From contig OX597829.1 in NCBI GenBank assembly GCA_951406725.2, positions 36,332,001-36,396,000 on the forward strand: a stretch of 64,000 nucleotides of DNA. The letters run 5' to 3'. Under the pieces are notes generated by a model. It had not been told where the DNA came from. It searched no databases and saw only the letters and a program-made list of their open reading frames with translations. The DNA is from Octopus vulgaris. Its lineage: Eukaryota. Below, piece after piece: positions 15,247 to 29,391 of this stretch. The position numbers were made by a program, and so were the translations under genes. The first letter of the stretch is position 1; every line of letters begins with the position of its first letter.

Positions 15247-15849
15247 CAAAAGTCCTTCAGGACCATAGGGAGACGATCACTTAAGCAATTTTGGTCAAGC
15301 TGGAAAAGAATGGCGCAATGAAAACAAAATTGGAAGCGCATTGTGACTAGCGGTGTATATCATCATCTGGTGGACTAGTTGATGCTGTGATACTGTTTTG
15401 CTAAATTTTCATATTAACCCTAGTTCATAATTGTTGTATAATCGTGTATTGTTCAGATGTATATATGAAACTGATGGAATTTTTATTCGCAGTATTTAGT
15501 TATCTTCTATACAGTTTTAGTTCATGTTCATATACTTCTGTTGTGCTTCATTGTGGAATGGTAACGCCCATACGAAAATCTAGGAAAAACCAATTTTTTC
15601 TTATACCTACTTTCCCCTTCTACAAATATAGCTAACCTATTGACATTTTTGTTGAAACTGTACTTCGTAATTTGCTGTTTCATACCCAAAGCTTTTTGTC
15701 ATCCTCCTCTGTGAAAAATTTGGTTCACTATTTCGAAGTCTATAACTTTTTGTTTACTTGAGTCTGTATGTCCAAGCCTGAGTGTGCATATGTATGCGTG
15801 TGTCGTGAGTTTGTAACCCTATACAGAAACCCAAAGTGGAGCTTCCACT

Positions 15850-16300
15850 GACCACATTGCCCGACTAGGAGTGGGCTGCGAGTGCCTGGCAACTCTCTAA
15901 GGAATTGGCACCCTCCCTCAGTTTGCGCTTGTCAAAGAAAAGAGGTGAAGAAAAGAGAGTCAAACAAAGAGGTACCATATTTGCTCACTGTCAGGCAAGC
16001 GATGAAAATATCGGTCTTATTACATGTCTGCGCATTATAAGCCACGACATGCCTAGTTAGTCAGTCAGTAGGTTTTAACAGCAAGTGGAGCACCTAACAT
16101 ATGAAAGCAAAAAGTCAAACTCTCCGGTCCGGTAAGACGTGATATAGGGCAAGGCAGAACGATCAGGTGGTAATAGATAATGGAGGCGATGTAAGCATTT
16201 GTTACCTCTGTCTGATCTTTCAATAGTACCTTGCTCTCGGTGCATTTCTGAGTGAGACAGGCCATCATGCTAATCAAATAGACCTAATTCTTCTCCCCGC
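15850..16300 (-). mobile_element. Decayed L1/Tx1-like LINE ORF2 fragment (post-RT region)
   Basis: LLKDQTEVTNAYIASIIYYHLIVLPCPISRLTGPESLTFCF resembles the Tx1-type motif LSLxGRxxVxNxxIxSxxxYxLxVLPxP...F.FLW. Recognised by eye only. Confidence 0.5.
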
Positions 16301-16578
16301 TTGGCTGTTGGGATTAACCTAGATCCCAACAGGATTTATCACCACTACTTTATTATCCCCCCTTCTTCCTAACTCTCCTGTGTGACCCCTCTGTCTGGCA
16401 TTCGCTATGATAGATCGCTAGCCACTAAACCTTTTCCTATTTTCTCTCCCTTTTTATTTCTGTGTTCCTTTCTGTCGAAACATAAAAGTCTTTCTCACTT
16501 CCCGAGCGTTAAACTAATACATCTGTTTGTTGTTTACACACCAGTCATCGTCTTTTTTTTTGTAAATTCTTACTATAT

Positions 16579-17273
<695 letters not shown>

Positions 17274-17307
17274 CATATATATATATATATATGTATGTAT
17301 GTATATA

Positions 17308-17374
<67 letters not shown>

Positions 17375-18176
17375 TCAAAATGTGACCGCGTGTGTACCGT
17401 TGGCGATTTTTTCCTGTGTCTTCCCTTCTCCGGATCTTTCCTTCTCCTACGTTTCCGACGAAGGGCTCCGCTCGAAACGTTAAAATAATACTATATTTGT
17501 TCCACATCCCCGCGTTGTTGTGTTTTTTTTTTTGTGCTTTCTTGTTTGGATTAACTATATATATATATATATCATGAAAGATCTGTGGACTGTCTGCAAC
17601 TGTCTGAAATACCAAATATGTACTTTTCTTATTGGTTTGAAGTAGCGGAGGTGCCGATTGAGTCTGATTCGATTAACGTTTTCCATGAATATTTGCTAAT
17701 CGATGACGGCAGATTAATCATTTACAAGAGTATCTCGACGATCTGGGACGAAATGATCATCGCGGGGATGGCGAGTTATTGCATAGCTTAAGATTTGTGC
17801 AGAGCATGGGTGGCAATTGAGAGAGAAAAAAAAGAGTGAGCTGGCAGTGACTTTCTGAAGTGGCATAAAGACCAACGAGCAGAGTTCATTATGCTAATCC
17901 ATCGAGTAGTCTTTCCTTGAATGCTAAGTTCTCTATGTGTATTGCAACAACGTTGTTACAGATATGGAAGTAGATATATTAAAGACGTTCTTTCATCAGG
18001 AGATAAGCTACCATTCGGAAGCTAGAAGCTCACTTGCAATTTAGCATTTCAATCATTTGAAGCATTTGAATCATTTGAATCTTAAGTTTCTAATGATCGA
18101 TTGGATCGTAGTATCGAGCTGTTCATCATTATAGAAGAGTGAATGATACAATAATGGTCTTGTGATAGTGCTGTAA

Positions 18177-18506
18177 AGGTGCATGACTCAGAGGTTAGAG
18201 CGTCGAGCTTACGATCGCGAGGTTGTGAGTTCGAATCCTTGACCGGGCTGCGTGTTGTGTTCTTGAGCAAGACACTTTATTTCATGTTACTCCAGTTCAC
18301 TCAGCTGTAGAAACGAGTTGTGACGTCACTGGTGCCAAGCTGTATTGGTCTTTGCCTTTCCCTTGGATAACATCGGTGGTGTGGAGAGGGGAGATGGTAT
18401 GCATGGGCAACTGCTGGTCTTCCATAAACAACCTTACCCAGACTTGTGCCTCGGAGGGTAACTTTCTAGGTGCAATCCCATGGTCAGTCATGACCGAAGG
18501 GGGGTC
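18177..18506 (+). mobile_element. tRNA-derived SINE, family D
   Basis: Head tgactcagaggttagagcg...gagttcgaatcc, then ttgagcaagacactt...cactcagctgtagaaa. Second copy at 44499-44830. Confidence 0.85.
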
Positions 18507-18709
18507 TCGGTGATACGTACTGTAATTTACTCTCTCTCTCTCTTTCTCTCTCTCTCTCTATTTCTCTCTCTCCCTCATTCTCTTTCTCCCTCTCCCTTTC
18601 TCTCTCTCTTTCTCTCCCTTTCCCTCTCTCTTCTCTCTCTATCTGCTGAAAGAAACATAGACATCAGATGGTTCATACGAACACATGCTTAAATATCTGC
18701 GTTCAAGTA

Positions 18710-18747
<38 letters not shown>

Positions 18748-20258
18748 AACACACACACACACACCAACACACACACACACACACCAACACACACACACAC
18801 ACACACCAACACACACACACACCAACACACACACACACACACCAACACACACACAAACGCACACACCAACACACACACACACACTGAGTTATAAAGGCAT
18901 TAAATCAGGTTATTGTGCAAAATATGTGGACATCTTATGTGATTTAAATTCATAGTACAAGTGAAGCATACTTATTCACATTCACATACACAGCCCCACC
19001 TTCATACACACATAATTGCCTTATATTTGTTAATCAGGAGTATTGTTTTACGCAGGGTCAAATTTCAAAACCATAAGAGTTTAGATTTCACGGTTTCACC
19101 CTTCTACATCATTTGCCTTGAAGATAGACTTTCCACATAATCCGAAAATAAAATAAGCACAAATCAAAGAAATGTACATACACGTGCATATATACACACA
19201 TATATGCCTGTGTAGGTATGTAAATAACGTATACATACATATATATATATATATATATACAGACATAATGAATACACACTCACACATACACACATATGCA
19301 CACACGCACATATCTGTTCTGGCAAAAATTTTTAAAATTGTATCAGATATGAAAGAAAAAGAAGCAAAGAATGGATGAAAAATCAGACAGGAAGCAGCTA
19401 TATGAAGAAATAACATGAATGTTCTATGAATATCTAAAGTTCAGTTGGGATTTGGACAGCTAACGGCAAAATCTTTATCTTAACACCGTATCATTGTGAA
19501 AAAGCTAGTGTATGTCTGAGCTAGCTTTACTCGATTTTGATCTGTCGCCAAAAATATAGTTGTCACGTCATCGTAGATACAAGAATTTTTGCACATACAT
19601 GTTTAAGAGAACTTGTTTAAGAGAATTTGCTACCGTTTCTTTCTTTCTTCTATTCTTTATACTTTTTCAATTTTTTTTTTTTTGTTGCCGGTTTTAACGT
19701 TTTTGTTTTATTTTCTATTTTTATTTCACTATTTCGCTTTTATCAACCCATTCCCTATGCTTTCAAGTTTGCTTCTCGCCTCTCTCTTACTTTCTCCTCT
19801 CTCTCCCTTCCTGCCTCTCCCCCTTTCTCTCTTTCTCTTTATTGTTTTCTTTTCTCTTCTCTGTATATGCTTCCCTCGCTCTCACTTCCTCTTTCTCTAC
19901 TTGGCAACTTTTTAAAATATCTTTAAGCATCGTCACCAATATCACGATATGTTTCCAATATCTTCGGCTACGTTTCGTTGCAACCTAAGTTTACTTCTTA
20001 TATTTTTTTCAAATGTTGTCTTAAAGAAATATAGGTCCTATAATTGATAAAATATTGGTGGCTGTTCCAAGGTCTTCTAACAAATAATTTCACTAGATTA
20101 ATGTCTACTACAACAACAATTAGGAAAATAAACAGTAACAATCAGAAAGTTTCACCTCTTTACACACATATGTAAAATATGTATATACATATATACACAC
20201 AAATGTGTAGTTAGATACATACTTATATATGTGTTGGTGTGTGCATGCACATATATAT

Positions 20259-20259
<1 letters not shown>

Positions 20260-20319
<60 letters not shown>

Positions 20320-20323
20320 TAAC

Positions 20324-20395
<72 letters not shown>

Positions 20396-20415
20396 TAATA
20401 ATAATAATAATAAAT
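20260..20415. repeat. (TAA)n microsatellite
   Basis: Directly visible. Confidence 0.95.
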
Positions 20416-20845
20416 AAAAAGTTTTGAATGGTCCAACAATGCACTATGATACAGACAATGGGCTATATACCTGTTGTAATTTAGTCATCCATAGTATGAT
20501 AATATTTCGGAATAAAATTCTTTTTCAGATAGTCTTAGATGGAGTCGCTGCTATAATCAGTTTTCCAACGACTTTTCTTTTTCTTTTTTTTTTCTTTTTT
20601 TTTTTTTTTTGGAAGCGTCTCAGCAGTGGTCTCACAAAGCTTCTTCCGGAATGAGAAGTGCGTGAGGTCGGCCATGTCTCAATCTCATGTGTGCTGGTAC
20701 ATCCGTAGCGCTGCTTCAAAGTTACGTATTATATGCGCGGCTTCCTTTTTTTTTACCCTTCTTTTTTTTTCTCTTTTTTTGTTGTTATAAATAATAGATG
20801 AGCATATTATCAAAAATGAACCTACACGCATCTAGATGTATCTAA

Positions 20846-22150
20846 ATAATGTATTGATTACCAACCTCCAGCCTGTTGTTAATTTGGGGTCCTAGTCTTA
20901 AATTCTTAAATTACCCCAATTTCTTTCATTGGCCTCAATTGTGACTGTTATGATTTTGTCGGTGTTCCGGTATCTGTCTAGATGTTTTCTGAAGGAGGAG
21001 GCTCGCGCGTTCTTTGATGCGGACGTGTAATGGCCTTGTTGTGCTACCCACATAGAACTTATTGCATATGTTACATTGTACTCTATACAGAACATTTACC
21101 CATTGGCATAAATCTGGGTAACGGATGGGACAGTTTGTTAATGTACTTTGATTGTTGTCCCTTGTTCGTTTCTTTGCGAGGTGTCTTCTCAGAGAGGGGC
21201 CGGAGTGGGCTAGTTGTATGTCTAGCCCTTCTTATGGCTTTTTAGATGGCTGTAGTTCTTCTCTCGCTAAAATGGGGTATTTTAAGGAAGCATGTGTTGC
21301 TGGGTTTTCTATGTGTTCGGCGTATTGGTCGTCTTAGATACTTAAGCCAATTTAGAAGGAATCTAGGATACCCGTGGATTTTCAATATATCTAGGAAGCG
21401 TGTAGTGTGGTTCACCTTGTCCTCTGTTCTGCTGCACTTGCCTCGGATGCGTGTAAGTTCATTTCTGGCGTATCCTATTTTGGCACCGACTGAAGTGCTG
21501 AACTGTACTGGATAAGCATATTTCTACTGGCTGCTTTCCTGTAGAATTCGGTGTGGATCTCCCCTTCTTCGGTTATATTTAGTTTGAAGTCAAGCAATGA
21601 TAGCGATCCAGCGATGTCGGGATGTTCTATAGTGAACTTATTGAACATTGTGAATATTCTGTCAACCTCTTCACGGGATGTTGTGAATATGAGGATGTCA
21701 TCTACGTACCTGGTGAAGAAGGCGTATAAGCGGCAGATGTTGAGTGCTCGACGTTCCTAATGGTTCATATAAGTGATGGCTAGTAGGCCCGAGAGACAGG
21801 ATCCCATGGGGAAACCTGTTGTCTGTTTGTATATGTGGTCCTGGAAAGAGAAGTCGGGGTTGTCCACGAGGATGGACAAAAGTTGATGTATATCAGCTGA
21901 GGTAAGTCCGAAGCATTGGATGTCGGATGCTATTACGCAGTCAGTCAATAAAGAAAAGTAACAACAAAAGAATGAGACCTCGATATTAGATAAACAGAGG
22001 AAATTTATATATGTTATAATTTAGAACAAATAGTAGTCGGAGTTTCGAATGTCGGAGCGATGAGCTACAATATATTCTCGTCGGCTATTATTAGCAACAG
22101 ACGCTATGAAAAACCGTTGAATAAAAAGGAAGTTACTCTAATAAGTAGAA
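20846..22150 (-). mobile_element. Decayed Penelope-like retroelement (RT + GIY-YIG endonuclease) with an adjacent pLTR-like segment
   Basis: Minus strand: YKQTTGFPMGSCLSGLLA and FFTRYVDDILIF (RT), then VLYRVQCNICNKFYVGSTTRPLHVRIKE (GIY-YIG) near 21100-21010. Non-coding 21950-22150 carries a hammerhead-like motif in the same orientation. Confidence 0.88.
22029..22089 (-). ncRNA. Degenerate type I hammerhead ribozyme
   Basis: AAUAG-CCGACGA-GAAU...AUUC-GAAA-CUCCGAC-UA-CUAUU. Stem I (AAUAG/CUAUU) and the stem II base are intact. U4>C and a stem III substitution are present. Confidence 0.6.
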
Positions 22151-22209
22151 AAAGAAAAATTTTGCGCGTGCACGCTGCAAAAAATAACATAATTCGTATA
22201 GAAGTTTTA

Positions 22210-22300
<91 letters not shown>

Positions 22301-24059
22301 TGTGTGTGTGTGTGCGTGTGTGTATGTGTTTGCGCGTGCGCGCCAAAGGAAGTTGTTCGATGGCATTCTTTCATTTGAAGCAGCAAATTTGCCAGTTCAA
22401 TCATATGGGAGTCATACGATTGCTCTTTAATTTCCGAAAATTTTTATTTTGAAGAGAGCAGAAATTGAAAGAGAGGAGAAGCTGAAAAGGTGATATTTGC
22501 TATGAAATGAAGAGAAAGAGAAATAGAGGAGAAAGCGAAGGATATATGTAGGTGTATATGAAATGGACGTGTGTTTGTATGTATGTATGTGTTTGCGTGT
22601 GTGTGTGTGCTTGTGCGTAATTAAGTGAAGGTGTGTGTTGTCATGTATGTATCTTTTGCATGCATGCGTAAGTGGCATTCTCTCTCTCTCACTCACACAC
22701 ACACACACATTATTTTTCCTATGCATGCACACATAAATACATATGCATATATCCTTTTGTATGTATGTGGGTGAGAGAGAGAGAGTGTGTGTGTGTATGT
22801 GTAATTGTATTTCCTCATAACATTGAGAAATGGATACCTTTTAATGGATCTTTTTGGTTGTGGCTTATTTTAATACAATATTCGTGTGTACATTTTCCTA
22901 AATGTTTGTCTGAGTAGAATTATACGCATGCGGGACGAAAGTGAAACATTAGAAGCAAATCGAAGTATTGCCCGAAAATGACCTCAAATTTGTGCGACCC
23001 GACTTCGTTTCGGAGGTTAGTTTCGTTGTAAAAAGGAGTTGTGTAAAAAAGGAGTTGTGTGAAAAGGAGTTGTTCAAAAAGGATTTGTGCCAAAAACATA
23101 GTTTATTTGATAGTCTTGATATATATAGATAGATAATAAGTAACTTTATTATAGTACAGATGTGACTAATTTGGAGAAACATTACTTTCATTATTCACAC
23201 ATCGTCACTCTCGTAATGCAACAATTGTTAATTTTGGTTCAATTTGAAAGTGTAAAACTGTTTCCGCTTTCTGATGAAACCTTGTCATTGTAGAGCAGTG
23301 TCCTTCAAATAACTATAGCTTGTTGTTGAGATAACATATAAAATATGTAAATGAAAAATAAAGTTTATTTGGTAGTCGAAAGATTACTGAATCTTTTGAT
23401 ACCCCATACGTCAAAATTGGCAACTCAGTTTTCGATTGCATAAGGAATATACGCACGCATAATCACACATAGAAAATGTATGTATAAATATATATATGTA
23501 TGCTTTCATGTATGTATTATGTATGTGCGTGTGTTTCTACGAGTAGCTGAAAAAAGACGTGTGGTCAAGCAGATCGATTCACGTAATTCGTAAACCACAA
23601 ACATAACACTAAAAAGTACACAACAACAAACAATTTAAATAACAAAACTCGTCTAAAACACCGACAGAATGTTACCAAAAATGTAACTAGAGCACTACAT
23701 AAAAGTTAATCTAAACATTTACGAATAGATTCAAAATGAGAATCCAATGCATGACAATCTAGAGGTGATAATGATTAAAGAATTTGAATCAAGAGAAAAT
23801 ATTCCTATAGACTAACGTGAGACACTTCTAAAGATAAAATTCAGTGATGAAATAGCAGTTAGTATATCCATACCAAGCCATTGCATATTACTAAAGAATA
23901 CACGAATATCTAAATCATCAGGATAAACGAAATAATACAAGTACCAATCATAGTAATTACAGATGGAAGTAGATACTCCTTTGGTTCTACTAATTTAGGA
24001 ATCTCAAAATTTAAGCAGACATGACATTTATGAGCATGATTTCAATTGCTTACCAGACT

Positions 24060-24910
24060 TTTGATAACTTCTCCCACACGCAGTACTTGAGGATTCTAGC
24101 CATCAGTAAAACGTAACTGATAACAAACAGATACAAGAATTCTACAAAGTATAAATGGTTAACAATTCTACAAATTTATACAAAAGAGGTACTATCAACA
24201 CCAGCGGTGTTTCTGTTTCAAGAGGAAATTCTGTTTGTAATTAACATCTTTAGCCAATATGTTAAACCATTACGTTGTGACGATCAACAATGTATATGAA
24301 CCACAGGTGATAACTAAAAACACTGTTTCAGGATTTACGTGAAATAAGTTAAGAGATATTCAAATGATAAAAATACTTTACATTTAATTTTTTATAATTT
24401 TGAATTTTTATCACTTCTTATTTTGAACTTGACAAAGGACAAACTTTCTGTCGAAATACTATAGAGTGTTCTGACTATAATATCATGTCTCATCGGTAAA
24501 TAATACCGTGATGACATTTTCGGACAACTGCTTATGAAGTGGGGTGATATCTTCAGTGTTAACTCCACAAAGTCTGCATTGGTTGTCACATCTTACTGCT
24601 TTTAGTACACCTCTGTCCCGTTTGTGCCCCAGGTAGTTGGTTGATATTTCCTGTTCCTGGATTGCAAATGCATACTCTTCAAAGTAGGAGGTAGTAATCC
24701 GGTTATTCATCCATGATAGACTGCTTTGATGATCAATGTTACTATCATCTCGAAGCTTTCAACTAATATATCCATGAATGTATGTATATATATCATTGTA
24801 CACTTTTATTTCAAGATTTCTTGCCAATAAAGTACCAGTTTCTAACCTAGATCCAAGGCTCCTTCATTGGAATTTCAACATCAACAATAGGGTATTTTTT
24901 TATATGTATT

Positions 24911-24944
<34 letters not shown>

Positions 24945-25657
24945 TGTATGTATGTATGTATGTATGTATGTATGTATGTACGTATGTAATGTATGTATGT
25001 ATATATGCATGTATGTATGTATGTATGTATGTATGTATGTACGTACGTACGTATGTATGTATGTATGTATGTATGTATGTATGTATGTATGTACGTATGT
25101 AATGTATGTATGTATGTATGTATGTATGTATGTATGTATGTATGTATGTATGTATGTATGAATGTATGTATGTATGTATGAATGTATGTATGTATGTATG
25201 TGTGTATGTATGTATGTATGTATGTGTGTGTGTGTGTATGTATGTATGTACGTACGTATGTATGTATGTATGTATGTGTGTGTGTATGTATGTATGTACT
25301 ATGTATGTATGTAAGTATGTATGTATATATGTGTATGTATGTATGTATGTATGTATGTATGTATGTATGTATGTATGTATGTATGTATGTATGTATGTAT
25401 GTATGTATGTATGTATGTACGTACGTATGTATGTATGTATGTATGTATGTATGTATGTATGTATGTATGTATGTACGTACGTATGTATGTATGTATGTAT
25501 GTTGTATGTATGTATGTATGTATGTACGTATGTAATGTATGCATGTATGTATGTACGTATGTATGTATGTATGTATGTATGTATGTATGTATGTATGAAT
25601 GTATGTATGTATGTATGAATGTATGTATGTATGTATGTGTGTATGTATGTATGTGTA

Positions 25658-25689
<32 letters not shown>

Positions 25690-25920
25690 CGTACGTATGT
25701 ATGTATGTATGTGTGTGTGTATGTATGTATGTACTATGTATGTATGTAAGTATGTATGTATATATGTGTATGTATGTATGTATGTATGTATGTATGTATG
25801 TATGTATGTATGTATGCATACAATGAGATTTGTATGTTTCGTTTTGTGTTTGTTTTCTCATTTGATGTGGATGATATCTTCGGTGTTAACACCAAAAAGT
25901 TAGCGTCAATTGTCACGTAA
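24060..25920 (-). mobile_element. Fragments of an RLE-type (R4/Dong-like) LINE interleaved with a ~900-bp (CATA)n array
   Basis: AFAIQEQEISTNY...CRLCGVNTEDIT, then a frameshift to ISSCPKMSSRYYLPMRHD (CCHC knuckle typical of R2/R4-type ORFs). A second GVNTEDIIHI piece at ~25865-25900 is joined to the same UTR seen at 4520-4570. Confidence 0.7.
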
Positions 25921-26301
25921 GTATGTATATTTGCATGTGTGTGTATGTATGTATGTTTGTATATATCTATGTATGAATGTATGCCTTCATGTATGTATGC
26001 ATATATCTGTATATATAATTTCAAACTACAAATATAGATATACAATTCACACACACACACACATATATATATAAAGGGAAAATATATTGTAAATACACAA
26101 ACGACAAGTAAGAATATTTAAACGTATACTGGGTGGATGAATGGACAGAAGACAGATACAGAAGGTCCCCAATTCTTCCGTGCCACTCTATTTCTAGCCT
26201 TTCCTGTTTCTCCCCTTTCTTCTTCGTCTCTCTTTTCTCTCTCTTTCCCTCCTTAACCCTAACCCTCTTGCTCCTTTTTCTCTTCCCTTGTTTTCTCCTT
26301 G

Positions 26302-26340
<39 letters not shown>

Positions 26341-26345
<5 letters not shown>

Positions 26346-26574
26346 CTTTACAACCCACAAGGGGCTAAACACAGAGGGGACAAACAAGGACAGACAAACG
26401 GATTAAGTCGATTATAGCGACTCCAGTGCGTAACTGGTACTTATTTAATCGACTCCGATTAAAGGATAAAAAGCAAAGTCGACCTCGGCGGAATTTGAAC
26501 TCAGAACGTAGCGGCAGACGAAATACCGCTAAGCATTTCGCCCGGCGTGCCAACGCTTCTGCCAGCTCGCCGCC
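26341..26574 (-). mobile_element. tRNA-derived SINE, family B (full length)
   Basis: Reverse complement of the 53869-54097 sequence at high identity. Confidence 0.9.
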
Positions 26575-26692
26575 TCTCTCCCTCTCTCTTGTCGTTTTTT
26601 TTTATTTACAATACATTTTTCATTTCTTAAGTAACGGAACGCAACGCACCCTGGCTTTTATTGACAGTTATGTGTGTGTATGTATATGTATG

Positions 26693-26753
<61 letters not shown>

Positions 26754-27399
26754 ATTATTAAGTTATATAATTTATATAACTTGAACTGTTTGGGTTCCCA
26801 AAAATATTTTTAAAAAAGATTTTAAGATAATTAAAATTTTTATATACATTTGACAATGCTTCATGAAAATTAGTCGTGTGTGTGTATGTGTGTGTGCGCG
26901 TGCGCGCGTGTGTGTGAGTAGTAATAAAAGAGATTCAGGGAATCAAACAGGTCTCACGTTTAGTTCTCGCCAAGTGCATGGCTAACAAAAGTGACAGTGA
27001 TTGAGTTCTAGCAATCCAGGAGATGCGATTATGAAGAGATTGTATGTGAATAGGACAGATAAGAGAAATAAGGTAAGGCAAAAGTTGTTTGTTCCATTTG
27101 TTTACAGCTGTTTCATAATATTGTTAGTTATATAATGGACATTGCGTCAATAAACTAACAAAATTATGAAACAACAGTAAACGAATGATATAAACATCTT
27201 CCTCCCACACCACTTCTCCGTTGTGTGTGTGTGCTTATGTGTGCTTGTGTGTGTGTGTGTGTGTGTGTATGTGCAGGCGTGTTTGTGTGTGCATGAGCGT
27301 TTGTGTAGCATATGTATATTCTATTATTCTAACACAAGTAGATTATTTGTTAAGAAATGGTTAAATATGTTCATATATAAATAAAGTTCCAGTTATTGA

Positions 27400-27735
<336 letters not shown>

Positions 27736-28490
27736 TAAGCTCTGTTTCACAAGGGCCAGCAAGTGTGCGGCCTCTCTAATCCAAATCTCAACATCCAGAC
27801 ACTGGAAAATAGATTAATTCACTCGGATGTCCAACTCTGGAGCAAATTTCTCCAGACTCTCACACGAGCCATCTCGGCCGACAAAACAATCCAATTACCG
27901 AGTGAACAAATATTTCGTGTCTTAGATATAGTGTCTAACAGATTTTAGACTAAAATACAAATCACAGCCCAAATGAATATACCCCTCCTACCCACCCCAG
28001 GCGAATTGTAATTGCCACAATCCATCTCCCTACACGATCAAGTCATCATCTCGATTACATGTGAGGCACCGAAGCACTCTGTTGGTAGTGAAGGAAATTA
28101 TACACACATGCTCATATACGTGTTCATGTATATACGTATAAGTACATTCATATAAATACCCGTACACACACACACATATAAATATGTATTATCATGTCAA
28201 ACAGACTAACAACATGGAAACTGTGGGAAAATGTGTGAAAGTACAAAAGTACAAGTGGTTGAGCACACATTAACCATTAGTTTATAGCAAAGTGGTAAAT
28301 TAAGAAAATAATGATCTACTGTAAGACTTATTGATTAGCCACACGCATATTTGGTTATACTTCCATTTGGTCTTCACTGATGTTAATCTATCCATACACC
28401 TGTCACTTAAATAATGCCCGATCTCTCCAGCCTTCTGTAGACATTATAGACTAGATGTATGGGGTATATCCGTCTACCATTCATCTATCT

Positions 28491-28542
<52 letters not shown>

Positions 28543-28686
28543 AATATAAGAGAGTGGTCACTATATTGCTCACTCTAGCACCAGTTAATCCAAAAGGTTT
28601 CAACCACGAAAATACATGCTTACCATGAAAGTCAGTACGATTGTTAGCTCACACGGACAGGGCAAATAAAAAATAACAAAAATACA

Positions 28687-28778
28687 GATTATTTTGGGAC
28701 AATTGTTTCGCTATTAATGAATTAAATGTAATTTTACTTACAAAAAAATCCATTTGTAGCTCGTCAGCCAAGACTATC
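28687..28778 (-). ncRNA. Type I hammerhead ribozyme, intact core (copy 1)
   Basis: GAUAGUCUUGG-CUGACGA-GCUA[long hairpin]UAGC-GAAA-CAAUUG-UC^CCAAAAUAAUC. All core nucleotides present, GUC cleavage triplet (cut between 28698 and 28697), palindromic stem III ACAAUUGU. Confidence 0.88.
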
Positions 28779-29221
28779 TGGATGAAATCCACTCAATCAC
28801 ACGCCAGATTTTACCATAACGATAAATACGCGTGTGGTTCAATTGATTACATCCGACGTTATAATTCAAATGCCCCAACCAACAGCGCGCCAAACTTTCA
28901 CGGAAAACAAATACAGCATTTAGAAATAAATGCAGCATAATTATAATTAATTAATAAGGGTGAGAGAATTAGATACTAATTTAATAGTATATTTATTCAA
29001 CACCAAGTGGCCTAGTGCTTCGAGAAACCTGGATTATTATAATATTTTATAACATATTATAATATTTTTACAAAATAAATATAAGAGAGTGGTCACTATA
29101 TTGCTCACTCTAGCACCAGTTAATCCAAAAGGTTTCAACCACGAAAATACATGCTTACCATGAAAGTCAGTACGATTGTTAGCTCACACGGACAGGGCAA
29201 ATAAAAAATAACAAAAATACA

Positions 29222-29314
29222 GATTATTTTGGGACAATTGTTTCGCTATTAATGAATTAAATGTAATTTTACTTACAAAAAAAATCCATTTGTAGCTCGT
29301 CAGCCAAGACTATC
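29222..29314 (-). ncRNA. Type I hammerhead ribozyme, intact core (copy 2)
   Basis: Identical to copy 1 except one extra U in stem II. Predicted cut between 29233 and 29232. Confidence 0.88.
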
Positions 29315-29391
29315 TGGATGAAATCAATATACTATTAAATTAGTATCTAATTCTCTCACCCTTATTAATTAATTATATATATATATATATA

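Larger units (their letters stand above)
28537..29376 (-). mobile_element. Non-autonomous hammerhead-containing tandem retroelement (retrozyme / Penelope pLTR-like), 1.5 units of 535 bp with an inverted end
   Basis: 28537-28789 is repeated at 29072-29325. 29326-29376 is the reverse complement of 28942-28993. (TA)n on both flanks. No ORF. Confidence 0.8.

Noticed and set aside
23270-23320. CUGAUGA motif
   Set aside because: No correctly placed GAAA and no supporting helices.
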